Origin: Erysipelotrichaceae bacterium
Lineage (GTDB): Bacteria; Bacillota_I; Bacilli_A; Erysipelotrichales; Coprobacillaceae
DNA length: 32,000 bases
NCBI GenBank assembly: GCA_028698185.1
Contig: JAQVDW010000015.1
Location: 1 to 32,000, forward strand
Direction: 5' to 3'
Shown: one piece after another, positions 19,179-29,309 of the stretch
Layout of the letters: every line of letters begins with the position of its first letter
Numbering within the stretch: position 1 is the stretch's first letter
Notes under the pieces: generated by a model
The model's input: only the letters and a program-made list of their open reading frames with translations
Databases searched by the model: none
Told to the model about the DNA's origin: nothing
Made by a program: the position numbers and the translations under genes

Positions 19179-20123
19179 ATGCATAAATTTGAAAAAGCAA
19201 ACATTAATATTCGTAATTTAGATGAATCTGACAACTATGGCAAATTTGTGATTGAGCCATTGGAAAGAGGATTTGGGACTACGTTAGGAAATGCCCTAAG
19301 AAGAGTGTTGTTATCTTCTCTACCGGGATCGGCTGTCTACGCGGTTAAAATTCAAGGAGCGATCCATGAATTTTCGGCTGTTGATGGAATCGTTGAAGAT
19401 GTTACTGCTATTATTCTTAATTTAAAGAAACTAGTGTTCAACATTGACAGCGATGAGAATGTAACAATGATCATCGATGTTGCAGGTCCTGCAAGAGTAA
19501 CTGGTAAAGATATTCAATGTCCTTCTGACGTTCGAATCATTTCTGAAGATTTGGAAATCGCTAATGTCGCTGAGGGTGGACATCTCTATATGGAACTTTA
19601 TGCGCGTAAAGATCGCGGTTATAATAGTGCTGATCAAAACAAGAAAGACATCAAAACTATTGGAATCATTCCGACCGACTCAATCTTTACTCCAGTTGAA
19701 AAAGTATCTTATAGTGTGGAACCAACTCGCGTTGGAGAATCAGCTAAATACGATTTATTGACTTTGGAAGTTGAAACAAACGGTTCATTAAAACCTTACG
19801 AAGCAATTTCAATTGCCTCTAAAATATTAGTTGAACACTTAAACATGTTTGTCGAAATGACTGACATAGCTAAAAATATGGAAGTTATGTCTGAAGTTGA
19901 AGAAGATACTACTGATAAAGTGTTAGATATGACGATTGAAGAACTTGATTTATCAGTTCGTTCATATAACTGCTTAAAACGTGCCGGAATCCAGACAGTT
20001 CAAGATTTAGCTGCTAAATCTGAAGATGAAATGATAAAAGTACGTAACTTAGGTAAAAAATCATTAAAAGAAGTAAAAGAAAAGTTAAGCGAACTTGGTC
20101 TAGGTTTTAGACCTGTCGACTAA
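19179..20123 (+). CDS. rpoA: DNA-directed RNA polymerase subunit alpha
   Basis: 314 aa. N-terminal [26 protein letters not shown]-terminal domain [16 protein letters not shown]. Confidence 0.98.
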   Translation: MHKFEKANINIRNLDESDNYGKFVIEPLERGFGTTLGNALRRVLLSSLPGSAVYAVKIQGAIHEFSAVDGIVEDVTAIILNLKKLVFNIDSDENVTMIIDVAGPARVTGKDIQCPSDVRIISEDLEIANVAEGGHLYMELYARKDRGYNSADQNKKDIKTIGIIPTDSIFTPVEKVSYSVEPTRVGESAKYDLLTLEVETNGSLKPYEAISIASKILVEHLNMFVEMTDIAKNMEVMSEVEEDTTDKVLDMTIEELDLSVRSYNCLKRAGIQTVQDLAAKSEDEMIKVRNLGKKSLKEVKEKLSELGLGFRPVD

Positions 20124-20147
20124 CATTTTTAAGGAAGGAGCGCTACC

Positions 20148-20513
20148 ATGGCTAAAAATAGAAAATTAGGACGCACATCTGATATCCGTAAATCAATGTT
20201 ACGTTCATTGGCAACTGAAGTGATCGTAAACGGTCAAATCCGCACTACAGAAACTCGCGCAAAAGAAGTACGTTCAGTTGTTGAAGAGTTAATTACTTTA
20301 GGAAAACGTGGAGATTTACACGCAAGAAGACAGGCAGCTGCAGAAATGCATAAAGTGTCTAACCCAGAAACTGGAAAGAACGCTGTTCAAATCTTATTTG
20401 ACGAAGTAGCACCTAAATTTGAAGGTGTTAACGGTGGATACACACGTATTTACAAATTAGACAACCGTAAAGGTGACAATGCACCAATGGCATTGTTACA
20501 ATTAACGAAATAA
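20148..20513 (+). CDS. rplQ: 50S ribosomal protein L17
   Basis: 121 aa, [17 protein letters not shown]...GGYTRIYKL. Confidence 0.97.
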   Translation: MAKNRKLGRTSDIRKSMLRSLATEVIVNGQIRTTETRAKEVRSVVEELITLGKRGDLHARRQAAAEMHKVSNPETGKNAVQILFDEVAPKFEGVNGGYTRIYKLDNRKGDNAPMALLQLTK

Positions 20514-20519
20514 TTTTTT

Positions 20520-20541
20520 AGCGGGCCTAGCCCGCTTTTTT
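20520..20541 (+). terminator. Rho-independent terminator ending the ribosomal protein cluster
   Basis: AGCGGGC-cta-GCCCGCT followed by TTTTTT, 7 nt after the rplQ stop. Confidence 0.88.
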
Positions 20542-20551
20542 AGTTAATCGG

Positions 20552-20580
20552 TTGACAACACCATATTTATTTCATAAAAT
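20552..20580 (+). promoter_or_regulatory. Candidate sigma-A promoter of the ecf-truA operon
   Basis: TTGACA (20552..20557), 17 nt spacer, TAAAAT (20575..20580). Confidence 0.6.
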
Positions 20581-20601
20581 AAGTTGAATCGGAGGCCGGC
20601 A

Positions 20602-21432
20602 ATGGACAATATTATTGAAATCAAAGATCTATATTTTAGTTACAATGAAAGCACCCCGGTGCTCAAGGGCTTGAATCTAACGATTGCCAGAGGCGAAAAT
20701 GTGGCGATTCTCGGTCCCAACGGCAGCGGTAAGAGCACCATCGCGAAACTGCTGCTGGGATTGATCGAAGCCCAGAGTGGCCAGATCATCGTCAATGGGT
20801 TGGAATTGAATCTTGCCAACCTTTACGATGTCCGCAAAAATATCGGTATGGTTTTCCAGAATCCCGATAACCAGTTCATCGGTTCGACAGTTCGCGATGA
20901 CATCGCCTTTGGACTGGAGAACATCTGTGTCCCTCAAGAGGAAATGGATGATATAATCATTGCCAATGCCCGCAAAGTCCATATGGAAAAATTCCTGGAT
21001 CATGAACCGAAAAAGCTTTCAGGTGGCCAAAAGCAGCGGGTGGCGATTGCCGGGTGTCTGGCGATGGAACCCAACATCATCATCCTTGATGAAGCCACAA
21101 GCATGCTCGATCCGCTTGGCAGAGGGCAGATCAACCGCTCGATCAACAAGATCTCCAAGGACAAAAATATCACGGTAATTTCGATCACCCACGATATCGA
21201 GGCGGCCAAGGAAGCTTCACGGGTGGTTGTTGTCAACAATGGTGTCGTCCAGCGGGAAGGCCGGCCCGATGAAGTCTTCCTGGATCAGGATTTCATGGAA
21301 GCGATGCGCCTCGATGTGCCTTTCGCCTTGAAGGTTTCCAGCGAGCTTAAAAAATCCGGATACAATATAAACAAGACAATCGATGAAAAGGAGTTGGTCG
21401 ACCAAATATGTCAATTAAATTTGAAAAAGTAA
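20602..21432 (+). CDS. ecfA1: ECF transporter energy-coupling ATPase EcfA1
   Basis: Starts at the ATG at 20602 (MDNIIEIKDLYF), with GGAGG 6 nt upstream. The ORF-track TTG at 20584 is less likely. Walker A GPNGSGKST, LSGGQKQR, ILDEATSMLD. Canonical position after rplQ. Confidence 0.93.
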   Translation: MDNIIEIKDLYFSYNESTPVLKGLNLTIARGENVAILGPNGSGKSTIAKLLLGLIEAQSGQIIVNGLELNLANLYDVRKNIGMVFQNPDNQFIGSTVRDDIAFGLENICVPQEEMDDIIIANARKVHMEKFLDHEPKKLSGGQKQRVAIAGCLAMEPNIIILDEATSMLDPLGRGQINRSINKISKDKNITVISITHDIEAAKEASRVVVVNNGVVQREGRPDEVFLDQDFMEAMRLDVPFALKVSSELKKSGYNINKTIDEKELVDQICQLNLKK

Positions 21433-22259
21433 ACCATATTTATGGCCTGAACACCCCTTTTGAATTTCAGGCTCTCAAGGATGTTGATCTCGAGATCATT
21501 CCGGGCAAGATCACCGCAATTGTCGGGCATACCGGCAGCGGGAAGTCAACCCTGATCCAGCATCTGAATGCCTTGTTGCAGCCCCATTCTGGAGCAATCA
21601 CAATCGATGAATTTGTGATTACCAAGGAGAAGCCAAAGGTCTCGCTTAAACCATTGCGCAAGAAGGTGGGGATGGTTTTCCAGTTCCCAGAATACCAGCT
21701 TTTCGAAGAAACCATTGAAAAAGACATCTGTTTTGGGCCAAAGAATTTCGGTGTGTCTGACGAGGATGCCTTACTAATTGCCCGCAAGACGATCAAAGAT
21801 GTCGGTCTGGATGAAAGCTATCTTTCCCGTTCACCGTTTGATCTTTCAGGCGGACAGAAGCGGCGGGTTGCCATCGCGGGCATCTTGGCATCCCAACCTG
21901 AAATCCTGGTTCTCGACGAGCCGACTGCCGGTCTCGACCCTCAAGGGGCAATCGAGATGATGCAGCTATTTGCCCGGTTGAACCGGCAGGGAGTTACCAT
22001 CATCCTGGTGACCCACAATATGGACCATGTCCTTGAATATTGTGACCAGGTTGTGGTGATGAATGAAGGACAGGTAGAACGCCACTGTGCAGTCAGGGAT
22101 CTTTTCAATGACCACAGTTATCTTCATACCCTCAATATCGAGATGCCGATTATTTCCAAATTCATCAATGACATAAACAATTGCGGTTATCACCTCGATG
22201 GAGCAATCAAAACCAGTGATGAGCTGATCAAGGCATTAAAGGAGCAGTTAAATGGATAA
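21408..22259 (+). CDS. ecfA2: ECF transporter energy-coupling ATPase EcfA2
   Basis: 283 aa. GHTGSGKST, LSGGQKRR, VLDEPTAGLD. Overlaps ecfA1 by 25 nt. Confidence 0.93.
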   Translation: MSIKFEKVNHIYGLNTPFEFQALKDVDLEIIPGKITAIVGHTGSGKSTLIQHLNALLQPHSGAITIDEFVITKEKPKVSLKPLRKKVGMVFQFPEYQLFEETIEKDICFGPKNFGVSDEDALLIARKTIKDVGLDESYLSRSPFDLSGGQKRRVAIAGILASQPEILVLDEPTAGLDPQGAIEMMQLFARLNRQGVTIILVTHNMDHVLEYCDQVVVMNEGQVERHCAVRDLFNDHSYLHTLNIEMPIISKFINDINNCGYHLDGAIKTSDELIKALKEQLNG

Positions 22260-23052
22260 TCTTACTTTCGGGCGCTATATCCCCGGCGATTCGCTGATTC
22301 ATCATCTTGACCCTCGGGCTAAGATCATGGCGCTGTTCATCTTGCTTGTGGCGGTGTTCTTCGATGCCGGCTTTGTCGGTTACGGCATAATGACGGTGTT
22401 CTTGATAATCGTTGTTTTCCTGTCAAAGACCCGGCTCAGGGACATTTTCAAGGCGCTCAAGCCGATGCTCGTGATGATGATCGTCATTTCCTTTTTCAAT
22501 GTCTTTTTGATCAGGACCGGACCGCTGCTATACAGCTACGGCTTTATTAAGATTTACCAGGGAGCCCTGCTCCAGACTGCCTATATCATAATCCGGCTGT
22601 TTTTGATTATCACCTTGTCGACAGTATTGACATCGACAACCAAGCCACTTGATCTTACTTTGGGAATCGAGAAGCTTCTCGAGCCGCTCAATAAGTTCAA
22701 TTTTCCTTCGCACGAGTTGGCGATGATGATTTCCATCGCATTGCGGTTCATACCTGACCTGATTGACGAGACGAAGCGGATCACTAAGGCCCAGGCCAGC
22801 CGCGGTGTCGATTTCAATGAAGGAACGTTCATCAAACGGGTGACTTCGATGGTGTCGCTGATAATCCCATTGTTCATTTCGTCGGTTCTTCGGGCCGAGG
22901 ATCTCGCCAATGCGATGGAGTCGCGCAACTACAATCCGGTAGCCAAACGGACCCGCTACAAGTTGCTGCAGTGGAATTACAAGGACAGCATCTCCTTGTC
23001 ATGTTGTATATTTATTTTGATAGGAATAATAATAATAAGTGTGGTGTTTTAA
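22252..23052 (+). CDS. ecfT: ECF transporter transmembrane component EcfT
   Basis: 266 aa hydrophobic protein with the CbiQ/EcfT coupling-helix region (ALRFIPDLIDETKRITKAQASRG). Overlaps ecfA2 by 8 nt. Confidence 0.9.
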   Translation: MDNLTFGRYIPGDSLIHHLDPRAKIMALFILLVAVFFDAGFVGYGIMTVFLIIVVFLSKTRLRDIFKALKPMLVMMIVISFFNVFLIRTGPLLYSYGFIKIYQGALLQTAYIIIRLFLIITLSTVLTSTTKPLDLTLGIEKLLEPLNKFNFPSHELAMMISIALRFIPDLIDETKRITKAQASRGVDFNEGTFIKRVTSMVSLIIPLFISSVLRAEDLANAMESRNYNPVAKRTRYKLLQWNYKDSISLSCCIFILIGIIIISVVF

Positions 23053-23780
23053 TGCGAATAAAATGTACCGTCAGCTATGACGGATCAAAATTCAAAGGAT
23101 GGCAAATCCAGAATAATCAGCGGACAATCCAGGGAGAAATCCAGGCAGCGCTCAAAAACATAACTCAGGAGCCGATCGCGATTCACGGATCGGGACGGAC
23201 CGATGGCAAAGTACATGGACGCAACCAGGTTTTCCACTTCGATTGTTCCAAGGAGCTAAGCGAAAACCGCTGGCATCAGGCTATCAATCATTTCCTGCCC
23301 AATGACGTGTACGTCAAACAGGTGGAGCTCGTCAATGAGGAATTCCATTCCCGCTACAGCGCCAAAAGCAAAGAATATCGTTATTATGTCAATATCGATG
23401 ACTATGATCCGTTCAAGACCAATTACATCTACCAGCTAAACAAGCCACTCGATTTGCAGCTGATGCAAGAGGGTGCTGACATTTTCGTGGGCGAACATGA
23501 TTTTGCCTCATTCTGCGCCCTTGACCAGCTCGGAACGACGATCCGGTCAATATATGAATTTGAAATAACCCAGAGCGATGGAATTGTCTGCTTCAGGGTT
23601 CTAGGCAATGGTTTCCGCCGCTATATGGTCCGCCATCTGGTGGGAGCGTTGATCCAGGTAGGGCAAAAACGCCTGCCATTAGAAAGGGTAAAGCAAATGC
23701 TTGAAAGCAAAGGGGAAATCCGCTGCTTGCACAAGGCCAAACCCCAAGGTCTTTATCTCCAGGAGGTCCATTATGATTAA
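23052..23780 (+). CDS. truA: tRNA pseudouridine(38-40) synthase TruA
   Basis: Starts at the ATG at 23052 (MRIKCTVSYDGSKFKGWQIQ), overlapping the ecfT stop (TAATG). Catalytic GSGRTDGKVH motif. Confidence 0.94.
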   Translation: MRIKCTVSYDGSKFKGWQIQNNQRTIQGEIQAALKNITQEPIAIHGSGRTDGKVHGRNQVFHFDCSKELSENRWHQAINHFLPNDVYVKQVELVNEEFHSRYSAKSKEYRYYVNIDDYDPFKTNYIYQLNKPLDLQLMQEGADIFVGEHDFASFCALDQLGTTIRSIYEFEITQSDGIVCFRVLGNGFRRYMVRHLVGALIQVGQKRLPLERVKQMLESKGEIRCLHKAKPQGLYLQEVHYD

Positions 23781-24651
23781 AACAAACTTTCACACCCATA
23801 CCTTTCGCTGCGGTCACGCAGTCGGCGATGAACAGGAAATTGTCCAGGCGGCAATAGCGGCCAATATCTCCAAACTGGGGTTTTCCGATCACGTGCCGTT
23901 GCCCAACTTCCGCGGTTTCCTGTTGAAAGGGCTGCATTCGGTGGCGCTTAGCCCGAGAGGCCTAAAGACACTGGCGTCAAATTTCATATTCAATGGCCCA
24001 GGGATGCGTATGGATTATGCCAGTCGGACAATCCATCAGGACAATGTCCGCCAGCTAAAGGAGAACCATGCCCATCAGATCGAGATATTCCAGGGTTATG
24101 AGGCCGAGTATTTCGAGGGATACCTTGATTACTACCAGGAGCTTCTCGACAATGATGTTGACTATCTGATTCTAGGAAACCATTTCAACAGCTACAATTC
24201 GACCAGCTGTTACTATGGTAAAGAAAAAGTCAACGACCAGGAACTGTACAGCTACTGCGACGATGTGATCAAGGCTCTCGAGACGAATCTGTTTTCGTAT
24301 CTGGCCCATCCGGATCTTTTCATGATAGGAAAAGTTGTCTTTGACGATGTTGCCCGGGAAATAACTTACGATATCTGCAAAAAGGCCAAGGAACTCAATA
24401 TTCCCTTGGAAATCAATGGCGGCGGCATCCGCCGGGGCAAGCGAGAGGTACTTGGTCGATACGAGTATCCCTATCCTTCGAGCCATTTCTTTGCCATTGC
24501 CGGGGAAGTCGGGAATGACATCATTCTGGGAATCGATGCCCATGCACCCGATGAACTAAACCATGGCATTTATGAAGAGATGCTTGAATTTGCCAGCCGT
24601 TTCGATCTCAATATTGTCACTGAATTCGAATTCAGAAAAGGACAAAGATAA
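23773..24651 (+). CDS. PHP-domain phosphoesterase, histidinol-phosphatase (HisJ) family
   Basis: Starts at the ATG at 23773 (MIKTNFHTHTFRCGHA), after AGGAGG. Overlaps the truA 3' end by 8 nt. The H-x-H metal motif, later DH, HPD and IDAH motifs are typical of PHP/HisJ. Confidence 0.8.
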   Translation: MIKTNFHTHTFRCGHAVGDEQEIVQAAIAANISKLGFSDHVPLPNFRGFLLKGLHSVALSPRGLKTLASNFIFNGPGMRMDYASRTIHQDNVRQLKENHAHQIEIFQGYEAEYFEGYLDYYQELLDNDVDYLILGNHFNSYNSTSCYYGKEKVNDQELYSYCDDVIKALETNLFSYLAHPDLFMIGKVVFDDVAREITYDICKKAKELNIPLEINGGGIRRGKREVLGRYEYPYPSSHFFAIAGEVGNDIILGIDAHAPDELNHGIYEEMLEFASRFDLNIVTEFEFRKGQR

Positions 24652-24656
24652 CGTGC

Positions 24657-24697
24657 TTCCCGCAACCAGCAATGGTTGTGAGGGGGTATTTTCTTTT
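24657..24697 (+). terminator. Possible intrinsic terminator after the ecf-truA-PHP operon
   Basis: CAACCA-gcaa-TGGTTG core stem, extendable by CCC/GGG with an internal loop, followed by TATTTTCTTTT. An imperfect structure. Confidence 0.4.
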
Positions 24698-24758
24698 GCA
24701 CTAATAAATTAATGGTTTTTAAACTTCAAAAATGCTACAATGGGTTAGAGGTGATAGG

Positions 24759-25955
24759 ATGTCAAAACTGGAACTTATTAATGAATATCTGGAAAAAAAC
24801 AAAAGCACCTATGTCGGCAAATATCGTTGCCATTCCAGTGTTCAAACAAAACCTAATGAACATAAATTTCAATATTATATATATGACAGTCAATTCCGCG
24901 AAATTTCGGTCTTCTTGACGATTGCCTTTGGCAATGACGAGATAATCCCGACCTTTTCGCTTTCTTTGAATCAGCGGGAACAGCAATATATGATTCAGGA
25001 TGCGCTCGAGAAGATTGCGACGCTTTCTTCCTACCAGTCGATGCTCCATACCGATATTTTCGAGCATTTCATCCGCAATTCCGAATCGATCTCCATGCTC
25101 GCACCGATCGACTACCGCAATATCCTTGATTATCTGGAATTCCACAAAGGAACCAATGACAAGACCATCAGCGAGTTCTACGATATCTACATTCCATATA
25201 TAAGAAGGCTTATCGAGACCAAAAGCTACCGGAAACTGATCGACTCGCTCGCATTGATTCTCGACAAGATCTCTTATGAGTATGAGTGGGACGGTTCGAC
25301 AAGCAAGTATCTCGATACCGAATATCAGTATCATCTGAAGTTCTTCACGAATATCCTGATCGAGTGCCTGCCATTGCTTGACCATTTTGACAAGGACGAG
25401 ACGCTGGAATTTTATGAAATCTTTTTCAATGTCATGCAGGTCCGCCGTTTCGCTTTGCTGATCCTGGTCAAGATCGACATCAATTTTGTCCGCTCTTTGC
25501 CTTTGGTGGCTGATTTGATCGATTATCTGGTCGAACGGACCCACAACGAAAACAACCATAACTTCGTGATCGACTATCTCAAGAGCGTTTATTATCAAGA
25601 CGAGGACTTGCTACGGGTAACAACCATCGAAGTGGTCCGGATGATTGTCCATGATTACCTTTCTTTTGCAAACCATGAGCTAATCCTGGAGATAGGCAAT
25701 GCCATCATCGAGATCCAAGGCTATGATTTTATCATCGACTATTTCTCGGTCGACTACAACACGTTTGTTTTCGCCGCTTTTCCGATTTCCACTTTCCCGG
25801 AAATCTACAAGCAAAGAATCAAGAGAGAACTTGAAAAGGCCATCCGCTTCTATGCAGCGCGGATGGAACATCCAAGGTACTATTTGCCGTCATTTGAACA
25901 GGTTACGAATATTAATCGAATTTTAATGGAAAATTTCGGGGGGTATAACCAATGA
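24759..25955 (+). CDS. Hypothetical protein, 398 aa, no family recognised
   Basis: Long ORF. Likely start is the ATG at 24759 (MSKLELINEYL), 6 nt after AGAGGTGATAGG. A TGcTACAAT extended -10 candidate lies at 24733..24741. Acidic, Tyr/Ile/Phe-rich and apparently all-helical, with no TM segment, signal peptide or catalytic motif that I recognise. Confidence 0.7.
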   Translation: MSKLELINEYLEKNKSTYVGKYRCHSSVQTKPNEHKFQYYIYDSQFREISVFLTIAFGNDEIIPTFSLSLNQREQQYMIQDALEKIATLSSYQSMLHTDIFEHFIRNSESISMLAPIDYRNILDYLEFHKGTNDKTISEFYDIYIPYIRRLIETKSYRKLIDSLALILDKISYEYEWDGSTSKYLDTEYQYHLKFFTNILIECLPLLDHFDKDETLEFYEIFFNVMQVRRFALLILVKIDINFVRSLPLVADLIDYLVERTHNENNHNFVIDYLKSVYYQDEDLLRVTTIEVVRMIVHDYLSFANHELILEIGNAIIEIQGYDFIIDYFSVDYNTFVFAAFPISTFPEIYKQRIKRELEKAIRFYAARMEHPRYYLPSFEQVTNINRILMENFGGYNQ

Positions 25956-26848
25956 AACCAAGCACAATATTGAAAGTCACCGGAACAGCGACCGCTATTG
26001 CCGGAGCGAGCGTCACCGCCCTTTATACGACAAGCGGGCAGATTGCCAAATCGCTGATTTACCGTTACCAGAAAGATGAAGTGGACCACTCGATGCTGTT
26101 GGAAAAATACCAGGGTGAGATTGTGAGCCTGGTCAATGACATGAACATCAAGCAACGTGGCGTCCTGATTGAAAAACCGGAAAACAAGAAGACGCTTTTC
26201 ATTCTCCATCCTCTGGCACTTGATTCCAGTGACATGATTCTGTACGTGGACTTTTTCCAACGGAAGATACCCGATGCCAATATCCTGCTGATCGATGCAT
26301 CGGCCCACGGCATTTCCGACGGGTATATCCGCGGCTTTGGAATCCGCGATGTCCATGATCTGGTGGCTTGGAACCGTTTCGTTCTCGAACGCTATGGAAT
26401 GGAACATCAGATGATCCTTTATGGCAAGGAGATGGGGGCCAATACGATTTTGAATACGGTAAGTCTACACCGTTTACAAAACATCAAGGCGGTCATCTGT
26501 GATGGGGCATATACATCGTTTAGCGACTTGCTCAAGCATCGGATCTTGAATGACTACCGCCTGCCGGTCTTCCCGGTATACCAGTTTGTAGCCAAGAAAA
26601 TCAAACGAGTGGCCAATATCGAAATAAACGAGTCGACAGTCGATCTGGTCAAGCATAATGACGTTCCGACCCTTTATTTCCATGCGCGTCATGATGAATT
26701 CGTTCCGCTTGACCACGTCTATCCTTTGTACAATGCCAACCGTGGCCATAAGGCTTTGTTTGTCCTGAAAGATGAGCATTACCTGTATGATCTTAAGGAG
26801 ACTGACGAGTACCATGAGACGCTAAAAGAGTTCATTTCAAAATTGTAG
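25952..26848 (+). CDS. Membrane-anchored alpha/beta-hydrolase-fold protein (YqkD/hydrolase_4-like) with Glu at the nucleophile position
   Basis: 298 aa. N-terminal hydrophobic anchor (ILKVTGTATAIAGASVTALY). Family-typical blocks IDASAHGISDG, LYGKEMGANT, HARHDEFVP and DEHY. ATGA start/stop overlap with the upstream ORF. Confidence 0.8.
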   Translation: MKPSTILKVTGTATAIAGASVTALYTTSGQIAKSLIYRYQKDEVDHSMLLEKYQGEIVSLVNDMNIKQRGVLIEKPENKKTLFILHPLALDSSDMILYVDFFQRKIPDANILLIDASAHGISDGYIRGFGIRDVHDLVAWNRFVLERYGMEHQMILYGKEMGANTILNTVSLHRLQNIKAVICDGAYTSFSDLLKHRILNDYRLPVFPVYQFVAKKIKRVANIEINESTVDLVKHNDVPTLYFHARHDEFVPLDHVYPLYNANRGHKALFVLKDEHYLYDLKETDEYHETLKEFISKL

Positions 26849-26894
26849 TTTCAGATTTATTAAAAAAACATTGAATCCTCCAAAGATATGGTAA

Positions 26895-28367
<1,473 letters not shown>

Positions 28368-28474
28368 AATACAGACCGCAAAAGGCACTCTGAACGGGTG
28401 CTTTTTCATTTTGGCTGACACTTTTCTTTGTATGTGTTTGACATTTGTATTATAATGGTGGCAAGGAGCAATGT

Positions 28475-29308
28475 ATGGAAACTAATAATTATTATGAAAA
28501 AGACATTCTTTACAACTTGGTCACGTTCCTGAACACCTCAAGTTCCGAAGAAATGTTCTATACCATTTGTTATAACATTCTGACGCATATTGATGAGATT
28601 CCTACCATCAATATTCTCGATCTAGCCAAGATGTGCTACACCTCGCCGGCTACTATTTCCCGGTTCTGCCGCCATCTCAAATTCGCCAACTTCGCCGAAT
28701 TCAAGAATGAAGTTAGCGATTCGCTGAACATGGCGCGCAATGAGATCAAGCTTTCGGGCAGTTCCCTGGTGGAGGCTTACCAGAATCCCCAAAGCTGCAT
28801 CGATCTGATCTATGACACATCGATAAGATCGCTGCAGATGTCCAAGGAGAACCTGCGGATCGAGGATGTTGACCGGCTCTGTCAGATTCTACATGATGCC
28901 AAGAAGATCCACTTCTTCGGCTTTCAATTCAACAAGATTGTCGCATCGGATTTCCAGATCAAATTGCTTAAACTTGGGAAGCTGGCCTATGCTTTTGCCG
29001 ACCGCGGTGACGATGCCCAGCGCATCGAACTGCTCGACCATGACTCATTGGCGATTGTGCTCTCTTCACGGGCCCGGGATCTTCAGATGTTTTCCCTGGT
29101 TGACGCCATCAAGACGCGAAAATCGAGAGTCGTGCTGGTAACCATGAACAAGGACGCCAAAGTGATCGATAAGGTCGACGACGCTTTCGTGGTTGACGGG
29201 ATGATCAATGATATTTTCGAATCATCGACAAGCGAAACCACGGTGATCAAGACTTTCCTGGACTTGGTCTATTTCAGATACGGGATATTGTATCCTAGAA
29301 AGGGGTAA
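28475..29308 (+). CDS. MurR/RpiR family transcriptional regulator (HTH_6 + SIS domain)
   Basis: Starts at the ATG at 28475 (METNNYY), 6 nt after AAGGAG. The ORF-track TTG at 28445 lies within the promoter-like region. HTH segment is ILDLAKMCYTSPATISRFCRHLKFANFAEFK. The C-terminal region is SIS-like. Confidence 0.85.
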   Translation: METNNYYEKDILYNLVTFLNTSSSEEMFYTICYNILTHIDEIPTINILDLAKMCYTSPATISRFCRHLKFANFAEFKNEVSDSLNMARNEIKLSGSSLVEAYQNPQSCIDLIYDTSIRSLQMSKENLRIEDVDRLCQILHDAKKIHFFGFQFNKIVASDFQIKLLKLGKLAYAFADRGDDAQRIELLDHDSLAIVLSSRARDLQMFSLVDAIKTRKSRVVLVTMNKDAKVIDKVDDAFVVDGMINDIFESSTSETTVIKTFLDLVYFRYGILYPRKG

Positions 29309-29309
29309 T

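Noticed and set aside
24762-25598. A 278-codon ORF on the minus strand, fully embedded antisense to the 398-aa orphan gene. This looked like a possible overlapping gene.
   Set aside because: It lies in the codon-aligned antisense frame, which stays open whenever the sense gene avoids TTA, CTA and TCA codons. It has no SD or promoter and its composition is low in complexity. The same artefact recurs in other GC3-rich genes here.
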